Positions 9,479 to 17,398 of a stretch of DNA of 38,993 nt are shown in pieces. The notes under the pieces were generated by a model. The model searched no databases, had not been told where the DNA came from, and saw only the letters and a program-made list of their open reading frames with translations. How positions within the stretch are numbered: the stretch's first letter is position 1; every line of letters begins with the position of its first letter. This DNA comes from a virus (Duplodnaviria; Caudoviricetes). Location: positions 1-38,993 of the IMG/VR virus record IMGVR_UViG_3300020045_013843, one strand, 5' to 3'. The position numbers were made by a program, and so were the translations under genes.

Positions 9479-10300
9479 ATGCTTGATTTTTTTAGATTAG
9501 AAAAAGGTATTCACATTACTTCTGCTGATTCTTTTGCTGGAATCACAATTTTAAAAGCGGCCACTGTTCCATCGGCCACCACAGATGAAGATGCAGCGGA
9601 AAGAGGCTCATTCCTCTTCGCAGAAGATGGTGGAGGAGTATTTTATAAGGATACTGCGGGTGCTGGGACTAACAAATGGGTAAAGATTACTGACAATGCT
9701 TACCTAGCTTCTGTCTTAGGCATCACTGAGGATGCTTTAAACTTTGGAACTTTCACAGGCGCATTACTAACTGACAACCAATCAGCAAAACAACTATTCC
9801 AAATTTTGGAAACAGAAGTTGAGAGCTTAAGAACTCTCTCTGGTACTGCTGCTGGGGCTGATGATTTAGGTGCTTTCACTGGGACAACTATTCCAGATAA
9901 CAGCACAATCAAAGCGGCCCTTCAATCTCTAGAGACTTTTGCGGAGTCTATCGGAAGTGAAGTTTTTGAAAGCTCTAATACGGCCATCACAACTATTGAA
10001 GTTTTAGATTCTCTTTTAGTAGATGATTTCCAAGCAGCTAAATGGTTTCTGGTAGTTTCTCTAGACTCTGCTCCTGCTCAAAAAATGGCGTATGAAGTTT
10101 ACGCTTTAAATGACGGGGAAGTAGCAGCTGATGCCACTGAAATCGACTATAACGTGACCTCTAAATTAAAAGTAGGGGCTTCTTTTAACTGTGAAATTTC
10201 CCTGACTCTTTCAGGTGCAGGAGTAACTCAGGCAATGGAACTTTCCATTACTGCAAGTGCTGCTGTAACTGCCAAAGCGGTTAGATTAAGCGTGGCATAA
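9479..10300 (+). CDS. Putative virion fibre/structural protein
   Basis: Strong SD. Two copies of (F/L)GxFTGxxxxDNxxxKxxxQxLET. C-terminal AAKWFLVV...ALNDG domain resembles the 9056 protein. Confidence 0.6.
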   Translation: MLDFFRLEKGIHITSADSFAGITILKAATVPSATTDEDAAERGSFLFAEDGGGVFYKDTAGAGTNKWVKITDNAYLASVLGITEDALNFGTFTGALLTDNQSAKQLFQILETEVESLRTLSGTAAGADDLGAFTGTTIPDNSTIKAALQSLETFAESIGSEVFESSNTAITTIEVLDSLLVDDFQAAKWFLVVSLDSAPAQKMAYEVYALNDGEVAADATEIDYNVTSKLKVGASFNCEISLTLSGAGVTQAMELSITASAAVTAKAVRLSVA

Positions 10301-10303
10301 AAA

Positions 10304-10630
10304 ATGGTAGATGTTTCTAGAGCTTTTGAAGTTGATGAAGGGGTAGTGTCCAATGGGGCACTACTTCTGGATTCTATTTTCTCCAGCGTAAATTCCACTA
10401 AACCTACCTACGCTGGGGATAATATTTCTGGAATAGAATTCTATAACTCCCATACTCAAATAAATGCTAATCGAATTGCCAAGGTTACTTTGACATATTC
10501 TTCAGACCTTGTAACTGTGGAATCATGGATAATATATGCTCCTGATGGGGTTACTACTTCCAGGACCATTGTAGTAAATTATACTTATACTTTGGACGCG
10601 ATAACTAAAGTAGAGGTTACGGAATCATGA
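10304..10630 (+). CDS. Hypothetical protein with TY beta-hairpin repeats
   Basis: PTYAGDNI, LTYSSDLV and YTYTLDAI repeats. Confidence 0.55.
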   Translation: MVDVSRAFEVDEGVVSNGALLLDSIFSSVNSTKPTYAGDNISGIEFYNSHTQINANRIAKVTLTYSSDLVTVESWIIYAPDGVTTSRTIVVNYTYTLDAITKVEVTES

Positions 10631-12111
10631 TGAACGGAACATTAAATCAAGTCCAAGGATGGGTTAAGGTAAAAGGTACCACGGATGGGACCAACATCGG
10701 AAACGTAGGCGATGCTTTAAAAGTATCCGCTACGTCTATTGTAGAGGTTGATGCCGGAAACAGCACGTCTACTCCCCTGGGTATTAGTGGAGTTTTTACA
10801 GGCGCGTGGGTAGAAGTATTAAACCATACAAATATTTCTGTATTGGTTTTTGCAGATAAGAACTCTGCGACCGATGGACTAGTAATAGAATTTTCTTCTG
10901 ATGGCGTTAACGTCGATGACTCTGATAGATTTACAATTTCCGCCAACGCGGGAAAGACTTATTCATTCGGAGTAACGTCTAGGTATGTGCGAGTTAAGTA
11001 TACCAATGACGGAATAGCTCAAACAATATTTAGACTTCAAACTCTTCATCATCCATTTGCACCTAAACCGTCATCTCACAGGATTAACGATTCTATTATT
11101 GACCAAGATGATGCGGAGTTAGTTAAGGCAGTAATCACAGGTAAAATGCCCAGTGGAGCTTTTACCAACGTGCAAGTTACTACTAATGGGAATTTAAAAA
11201 CTTCATTAGAGGAGTTAGACCCAGCAATTGAAGGCGCAGGTGTAAATCTTCCAGTTAAGGTAGTTCCGATATCTACGTCTGGAAATCTCACGGCCTTAAG
11301 CAGCTCTTTAATTTATGACAACACTACTAAGGGCATGGGCGCTCTAGGCATACAGATAACTGGCACATGGTCAGGGACAATTGCTGCGAGTGTTTCCCTG
11401 GATGGAGATACCTACGTTAATATCTCAGTTCATAATATTGTCTCAGGAGTCTTCACATCTTCAACCAACGCCAATGGAATTTTTACCATAAATCTTGGTG
11501 GACTAAGATATGTTAAGCTTACAATGACTGCTTACACCAGTGGGACAGCAGACATAACTTACTTCGGAACTACGGCAAAATCTCAGGCTGAGACTGTAAA
11601 CATCACTCAGAATACAAGTGCAGCAGGAGTATCTAATCAGACTAGAGTGCCAACCATCGAAACAGAACATCAAAAGATTCATGAGGGTAAAATGTTTCAC
11701 TGCGCCATAGACAATACTCTGGCAAACAATGGAACTTGGTGGCTATTATTCACTCCGTCATCAGCGACCGCACACTTTATTTTAAATCTATTTACTAACG
11801 GTAAAGTAGATATGCATATCTATGAGAACCCTACCATTACAACTGTCACAACCTCCTATCCTCTTTATAACAGGAACAGAGGAAGTTCAACGACGACCAC
11901 AGCAACGCTGCAATTGGTAACTGCCAAGAGCGCGAATGGTACTGAGCTAACGGATTTACTATTTGGCTCTTCGGGTGGGAATAACTCTTCGACACAAATA
12001 GGAAGAGCGCAAGAGTGGGACTTACCTACAGCAAAGACATACTTAATAGAGCTGACATCCCTATCATCAGCTAACGATATAACTTTTTGGTTGGATTTTT
12101 ATGAGAATTGA
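10627..12111 (+). CDS. Multi-domain beta-rich spike/fibre-like protein
   Basis: ATGA overlap. Thr/Ser/Gly-rich, with at least three beta-sandwich-like segments (FSSDG...YVRVKY; VSLDG...YVKLT; EHQKIHEGKMF...). Confidence 0.6.
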   Translation: MMNGTLNQVQGWVKVKGTTDGTNIGNVGDALKVSATSIVEVDAGNSTSTPLGISGVFTGAWVEVLNHTNISVLVFADKNSATDGLVIEFSSDGVNVDDSDRFTISANAGKTYSFGVTSRYVRVKYTNDGIAQTIFRLQTLHHPFAPKPSSHRINDSIIDQDDAELVKAVITGKMPSGAFTNVQVTTNGNLKTSLEELDPAIEGAGVNLPVKVVPISTSGNLTALSSSLIYDNTTKGMGALGIQITGTWSGTIAASVSLDGDTYVNISVHNIVSGVFTSSTNANGIFTINLGGLRYVKLTMTAYTSGTADITYFGTTAKSQAETVNITQNTSAAGVSNQTRVPTIETEHQKIHEGKMFHCAIDNTLANNGTWWLLFTPSSATAHFILNLFTNGKVDMHIYENPTITTVTTSYPLYNRNRGSSTTTTATLQLVTAKSANGTELTDLLFGSSGGNNSSTQIGRAQEWDLPTAKTYLIELTSLSSANDITFWLDFYEN

Positions 12112-12703
12112 TTGGCCGGAATTTAAGGAATTAATTACAGCAAACAAACTTTCGTTTTCTTTTACAGAGAATATTAAAGAATATGAACTCTCGCTATTTC
12201 TTGGAATAAAAGAAGTCACTTGCGGAATTAACAAAACAGTTTTTGAAGAATGGTCACAAGACTTTGAGAATAATTATAAATCTCTTGGCAATATTCCAAC
12301 TCCCGATTGCTCCTCTCCATTTGCAGCTAAAAGAATTGGGGATAAAAAACTTTATAAAAGAGCGCATGGGATACAGTCAGACGTAGAAATAGGAAGCAAT
12401 GAAATAATTTTCCCTATTCCTTATAATTGGGCAAAGATAAGATCGCTTGAAGTACTTAATGGTGAGTCTCTAGATAGCATAAGTCTTATTTTTTTAGACA
12501 GCGTAGAAGGAACTTTAACTGGATCACCTTCCGCTGTACTAAATCAATTTGGATTTACTCTTAATATTGCTAAAGACTACTACGAAAACGTGTCAGAGTT
12601 TGATGCCGATGTTTATTTAGGAATGCAATTAAAGATAATCTACAACTCCCTTTCCAATAAAAGAATAGGGATAAATTTTATTTTAAACGAGATGAAATCA
12701 TGA
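12101..12703 (+). CDS. Hypothetical protein
   Basis: 200-aa ORF overlapping both neighbours in the operon. Confidence 0.6.
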   Translation: MRIDWPEFKELITANKLSFSFTENIKEYELSLFLGIKEVTCGINKTVFEEWSQDFENNYKSLGNIPTPDCSSPFAAKRIGDKKLYKRAHGIQSDVEIGSNEIIFPIPYNWAKIRSLEVLNGESLDSISLIFLDSVEGTLTGSPSAVLNQFGFTLNIAKDYYENVSEFDADVYLGMQLKIIYNSLSNKRIGINFILNEMKS

Positions 12704-12963
12704 ACAAATGGAAAGGGATAACAAGAAAAGTCATGTTCGTAATCTTAGCTTTAATAGTTATTGTTCTTATCTATGATGCTTATGCTATTTCTAAAGGGGG
12801 AACAGAGGCAAGCATCTCTAGTGCGGTCATCGTCATGACTTACAATATGCCCTTTGCTACTCACTCTTTCGTATTTTGTTGCGGAGTACTCTATGGGCAT
12901 CTACTGTGGCGTATGAAACCAAATAAGGATACCATAGCTGCTGGGATTGATAAGATAAAATAA
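12700..12963 (+). CDS. Small membrane protein (2 hydrophobic segments)
   Basis: VMFVILALIVIVLIY and FVFCCGVLYGHLLW; ATGA overlap. Confidence 0.65.
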   Translation: MNKWKGITRKVMFVILALIVIVLIYDAYAISKGGTEASISSAVIVMTYNMPFATHSFVFCCGVLYGHLLWRMKPNKDTIAAGIDKIK

Positions 12964-12973
12964 GAGGTTAAAC

Positions 12974-13891
12974 ATGTTCTTAGATTTAAATACTATTAAA
13001 ACATATTTAGGAATAGGAGGGGTGACTTATCCCTTAGTAACTGTTCCCCTTACCATTGACGTAACAGCAGAGACCATAACTAGAACTACAGGAAATTGGA
13101 ATACCGATTTAGTATCTGTAGGAAGCATGTTAGTTCTTGCTGGATTCACGGATGCTGGAAACAATGTAAAGGTGGCCGTGTCCCAGGTAGTCTCGAATAC
13201 TGTAATAAAGTTTTTAGGGCCTGTGGGAATGGCAGATGGGACAGGACCTACAACCTCTTTTAATCAAGATGATATTTCCTCAATAACAACTTATGACACC
13301 TTCCTAAATTCTCAAGGAGAGGTAGTCACAGAGGCCATCGAAGGATATTGTGGAAGAATCTTTATGGAGGATACCTACACTCAATCTTTCTATGCTGATG
13401 AGCTAGAGGAGAGAGTAAGAAAGGAATTATACCTCTACCACTATCCCGTAAAAGAAGTTACAGCAATCCAGGAGGACTCTCTTGCTGCCATTACTTCCCC
13501 TACGGAGCTTGCAGCTATTTCTAGACTTTCAAAACCAGCGGGAATTCTCATTAAAACTGATGGTAGTTTATGGTTTAGTGGATTCGACAAACTAGCTGTT
13601 ACGTATACAGCCGGGTATGCTACTCTCCCTGCTACAATCCAGCATGTCTACCTGTCCATCATTGAGGCAAACTATAATAAAAAAGTAGCTGGAGTGGATA
13701 TAAACTTCGGAAGAGATGTACAAAGGATTTCTATCCCAGGGGCCTTATCGATTGACTTCGATTATACCCTGGATGCTAACGAAAGAAAGAACGCTTTCGG
13801 ATCTATCCTCAATGGATACTTAAACATCTTAGATAATTTTAGGAATGAGAGAGTACTTACTGGGGAAATAGGAAGATATTATGACAGCTAA
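12974..13891 (+). CDS. Head-tail adaptor (gp6-like) with inserted beta domain
   Basis: LNTIKTYLGI...YDTFL...AIEGYCGRIF, YPVKEV and VTYTAGYATLPATI adaptor motifs. Confidence 0.8.
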   Translation: MFLDLNTIKTYLGIGGVTYPLVTVPLTIDVTAETITRTTGNWNTDLVSVGSMLVLAGFTDAGNNVKVAVSQVVSNTVIKFLGPVGMADGTGPTTSFNQDDISSITTYDTFLNSQGEVVTEAIEGYCGRIFMEDTYTQSFYADELEERVRKELYLYHYPVKEVTAIQEDSLAAITSPTELAAISRLSKPAGILIKTDGSLWFSGFDKLAVTYTAGYATLPATIQHVYLSIIEANYNKKVAGVDINFGRDVQRISIPGALSIDFDYTLDANERKNAFGSILNGYLNILDNFRNERVLTGEIGRYYDS

Positions 13892-14216
13892 TTTAAATAG
13901 TGCTTTTAATTTTATCCTTTCCAAGAAAACTCTTACTTGCCAATTAGAAAGGAAAGGTAAATTCTCGGCCATTGACATTACTATGTCCCCATCTAGTTAC
14001 TCCAATAAAAAGGATGGCCCTGACAACACTATTAAATATGTCTCTGAATATTTAATTTCCTTGGAAGAATTGCAAAACACAAATTATAATCCTCCAAAAC
14101 GAGGAGATAGATTAATTTTTAACTTCGGAACTTCTGTCCAAGTCATATCCGAAGTGGAGCCCCTTTACGGACTAGGAAATAATAATCTATTTGGCTGGAG
14201 AATTAGGGGAGAGTAA
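13881..14216 (+). CDS. Putative head-closure protein
   Basis: Size, position and PKRGDRL motif. Confidence 0.65.
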   Translation: MTANLNSAFNFILSKKTLTCQLERKGKFSAIDITMSPSSYSNKKDGPDNTIKYVSEYLISLEELQNTNYNPPKRGDRLIFNFGTSVQVISEVEPLYGLGNNNLFGWRIRGE

Positions 14217-14965
14217 TGGAATTTTCCGTAGACATTAGAGTACATGAAAGAGGGAGGAAATCCCCTAATTGGACAATTGACTCTGATTTAAACGGAAATC
14301 AAACATTAGAGAGTATACAGAGATTTACTAAAACTGCTTTAATAAGTATTCATCAAGAAGTTTTAAAGGAAGAGATAGGAAGAGGATTCCCTACAAATCA
14401 CCTTACCATCGTAGATGGAAAACATAATAGACCCATCGATTCAGTTAATCCTTTTGGGAGTATCCGCTCCTTAAAGAAGCAAAGCTTAACTAAAATCATA
14501 TTAGAGATTTACGCCAGTTTAATCCTGCTTTCCCCAGTGGATACCGGACTCTATAGAAAGAGTCATTACGTCTACAAAAATGATTCCCTAGTGGCCACTG
14601 ACCTCTCCTCTCTTAGAGCTTGGATTGATTTGGAGCCTACAATAGTAGATAAAGACCAACTAAGAATTGTAAACGTAACCCACTATGCCGGAAAATTGGA
14701 GAGAGGTGGAATAACCTCTAGAGGATCTGCTAGGAAAGAAGGAAAAGGTAGAAAGAGAAAAGGAGCTGTCCCAATAGTTAAAAAGCCTAATGGAACTTAT
14801 GCTCTTACAGCTCAAAGGATGAAAGGAAAATACGGAAAAAATACTCTCATAGCTTTTGAATGGAGACCAGGATCTAAATTTAATATTCCTGTTTATCATA
14901 GAGCAAAAAGAGAGTATGTTTACCCGACTATCTTAATTTATATTTTCTCCAGTGGGGTTTCATGA
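14216..14965 (+). CDS. Neck/tail completion protein (HK97 gp10-like)
   Basis: SPVDTGLYRKSH and NVTHYAGKLERG motifs. Confidence 0.75.
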   Translation: MEFSVDIRVHERGRKSPNWTIDSDLNGNQTLESIQRFTKTALISIHQEVLKEEIGRGFPTNHLTIVDGKHNRPIDSVNPFGSIRSLKKQSLTKIILEIYASLILLSPVDTGLYRKSHYVYKNDSLVATDLSSLRAWIDLEPTIVDKDQLRIVNVTHYAGKLERGGITSRGSARKEGKGRKRKGAVPIVKKPNGTYALTAQRMKGKYGKNTLIAFEWRPGSKFNIPVYHRAKREYVYPTILIYIFSSGVS

Positions 14966-15414
14966 GCAGTAAATATGTAAGAGATGAAGTAAAATCTTTC
15001 TTATCCACAAATTTCTCCAGCACAAAACTGCTAGACCTGTCTGCGGAATATATGGAAATAGAAGAATTAATGGTGGAGGAGAACATTCTCCCAGATGACG
15101 CATGGATGGCAATCCAATTTATCGGGGATTCCGAAGAACCCATAACTATTTCTGCCACAAATACCGAGGGGTGTTATCGGGAAAGAGGAGCATTTTTCCT
15201 ACATATTATAGAGCCAGTACAGAGAAGCGCCATTGACAATATTATTACTAGAGGAGAGACTTTAGTCAGTGCCTTTAGAGGAAAAAGAATTAATCAGGTA
15301 GTGATAGAATCAATCAATCCCCTGAATACTTCTCAAGGAGCTACGCTGGAATTTTCTGGAGGGTACGCTTCTGGATCAATTTTCCTCCATTACTATCGGG
15401 ATAAGAATTTATAA
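14962..15414 (+). CDS. Putative tail terminator
   Basis: Acidic 150-aa ORF immediately before the tail tube gene. Confidence 0.65.
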   Translation: MSSKYVRDEVKSFLSTNFSSTKLLDLSAEYMEIEELMVEENILPDDAWMAIQFIGDSEEPITISATNTEGCYRERGAFFLHIIEPVQRSAIDNIITRGETLVSAFRGKRINQVVIESINPLNTSQGATLEFSGGYASGSIFLHYYRDKNL

Positions 15415-15436
15415 ACAATAGAACAAGGGGTGAGTT

Positions 15437-16621
15437 ATTAGCTCGTCAAATTTAGTAAGCATAAGAGTAATTGAAGAAACAACGTATGGAACTACTCCTG
15501 GAGTAGGAAATTTTTCGACTGCTAGATTTACGAGTGAGAGTCTTTCAGGAACTCCCACTACTGTAGAAAGTCAGCAAATTAGAACGGACAGATTTTCATC
15601 CGGCCAAATCCTAACTGGATTAACTGTAGGTGGAGATCTAAACGTAGAAGTGGCCAAAGAAACTCTTCTAGAAAAATTTATTGCTTCTGGATTAGCTAGC
15701 GATTGGTCCACTTTCGTAGCAGTTACTGTAGACTTATCTATTGATGCAAGCTTAAAAAAGATAACTCGATCTACAGGTACCTGGCCTGTCACTCTTAAAA
15801 AGGGAGACATAATTACTCTTGCTGGATTCGTAGACCCAGCAAACAACGTCCTTGTGATGGTAAAAACTATTCTCTCTACTACCGAGATTGAATATATTTC
15901 TGCGGAAGTTCTAGTAACTGAAGTGGGAGTAGGCACTTCATTTGAGCAATCGGATAAAATCTCAATAGGTGTAACTAAAAAATCATTCTCTTTCGAGAAA
16001 GCTTTTACAGACCTTACTACAAAAGCATTAGTCTATCTAGGAATGATGGTTTCTAACCTAAGCTTGGCCATTCAATACGGTCAGATTGTAACCGGAACTT
16101 TTAGTTTTTCTGGAAATGGTTACTCTGAAGCTGACACCGCTGGAGAGTTCATTACCAATGGAAGAACTATAGATGCAGCGGCCACTACTCAGTCCTTAAA
16201 CGGATCTGTGGATATGCCTTTTATTGCCAGCTCTGCAGCAGGTACTTTCGACAAATCAAATTTTTGTATCCAAAGTTTAAATTTGAGCATCGATAATCAG
16301 CTTACTACTCAGAACTGTATTGGAGAAATTGCTCCTATTGCTTACAGCCTTGGAACAGCAGCAGTGCAAGTAGAAATTGGAGCGTACCTTTCTGACAACA
16401 ACTGGGCATCTATTGCTAAGAAACTTTCTCAAGAATCTTTTGAAGTGGGGGGAGTAGTAAAGAATGCAGATGGATGGCTAGGGTTTTATTTGCCTGCGGT
16501 TCAAACTTCGTTTGATGACCCTGCTTCAGGAGGAGCTAACCAAGACATTATCCTGAATATGTCGGGTACAGCAAAAGTAGGAGCATTAGGCGAGTCTCCA
16601 ATAACATTCTTTAGATCATAA
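15437..16621 (+). CDS. Major tail tube protein (start extended to ATT 15437)
   Basis: Frame is open from after TGA 15431-15433: SSSNLVSIRVIEETTYGTTP...RFTSESL...ESQQIRTDR, a typical tube N-terminus. AAGGGG SD at 15425-15430. KSFSFEKAFTD and YLGMMV motifs. Confidence 0.88.
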   Translation: MSSSNLVSIRVIEETTYGTTPGVGNFSTARFTSESLSGTPTTVESQQIRTDRFSSGQILTGLTVGGDLNVEVAKETLLEKFIASGLASDWSTFVAVTVDLSIDASLKKITRSTGTWPVTLKKGDIITLAGFVDPANNVLVMVKTILSTTEIEYISAEVLVTEVGVGTSFEQSDKISIGVTKKSFSFEKAFTDLTTKALVYLGMMVSNLSLAIQYGQIVTGTFSFSGNGYSEADTAGEFITNGRTIDAAATTQSLNGSVDMPFIASSAAGTFDKSNFCIQSLNLSIDNQLTTQNCIGEIAPIAYSLGTAAVQVEIGAYLSDNNWASIAKKLSQESFEVGGVVKNADGWLGFYLPAVQTSFDDPASGGANQDIILNMSGTAKVGALGESPITFFRS

Positions 16622-16624
16622 TAA

Positions 16625-16640
16625 AGGCCCTTCGGGGCCT
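16625..16640 (+). terminator. UUCG hairpin after the tail tube gene (no U-tract; stabiliser or weak terminator)
   Basis: AGGCCC-TTCG-GGGCCT. Confidence 0.6.
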
Positions 16641-16661
16641 AACCACCACTATAGGAGCCTC

Positions 16662-17066
16662 ATGAAGACTAACTTAGATTCTCTATTTAAGACGAATAAA
16701 CAATTGGAACAGTCAGGAGTATGGTTTAGAATTTCCCCTGAAACAAGATTCCTACTTAGAAGAGTAGGAGGAGACAATCCCCACTACTCTGAGGCAATGG
16801 CAAAATATCATAAACCTCATGCAAAAATGATTGAGTTAAATACTTTAAGCGACAACATGAAAGTAGAAATTCTCGCTAAGATATTTTGTGATGCCTGTCT
16901 TGTATCTTGGGAAGGTGTTGAAATTGACGGCCAAATGGTTGAGTGCAATTTTGAGAATGGTGTAAAACTTTTCAAACAATTGCCAGACCTTTTCGATACT
17001 CTTTTTAAAGAAGCAAGCAAACTTGATTCTTACAAGGAATCGGTTCAAGACTTGGGAAACTTTTAG
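16662..17066 (+). CDS. Tail assembly chaperone (lambda gpG analogue)
   Basis: Between tube and tape measure; GVWF, LVSWEGV and LPDLF motifs; ends on a slippery heptamer. Confidence 0.85.
   Translation: MKTNLDSLFKTNKQLEQSGVWFRISPETRFLLRRVGGDNPHYSEAMAKYHKPHAKMIELNTLSDNMKVEILAKIFCDACLVSWEGVEIDGQMVECNFENGVKLFKQLPDLFDTLFKEASKLDSYKESVQDLGNF
17054..17060 (+). other. Programmed -1 ribosomal frameshift site G GGA AAC
   Basis: X XXY YYZ heptamer in the correct phase just before TAG 17064-17066; the -1 frame is open into ORF 17138..17398. Confidence 0.85.
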
Positions 17067-17398
17067 TAAAGTGGCTGACTTGGAATAATAACTGGGGAGA
17101 CAAGCTCCAACTTTACAAAGATCTTGTAGGGAATGGAATGATTCGGGAAGAAAATATAATGCCCGAAATCTCCCCTTTCGCTTATTATATTCTGGCCTAC
17201 AAGGAACTTAGCACATGTCGTAATGGCATGAATCCGCGAATACCTTTTACAGCTATTGTGGATTACGCTAAAATTTATGAGATAGAGAATTTTGAAGAAT
17301 TTCTTTATCTAATCCGAAGAATGGATGAAGCCCAGGAAGAACTAGGGAAGGTAAAAGATGGCCCCAAAGGAGGTAAGGGAAATTCTCGTAAAGGTTGA
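17057..17398 (+). CDS. Frameshift extension of the tail chaperone (gpT analogue)
   Basis: -1 frame reads KLLVKWLTWNNNWGD...AYKELSTCR...IPFTAIVDYA...LIRRMD. Confidence 0.8.
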   Translation, partial: KLLVKWLTWNNNWGDKLQLYKDLVGNGMIREENIMPEISPFAYYILAYKELSTCRNGMNPRIPFTAIVDYAKIYEIENFEEFLYLIRRMDEAQEELGKVKDGPKGGKGNSRKG

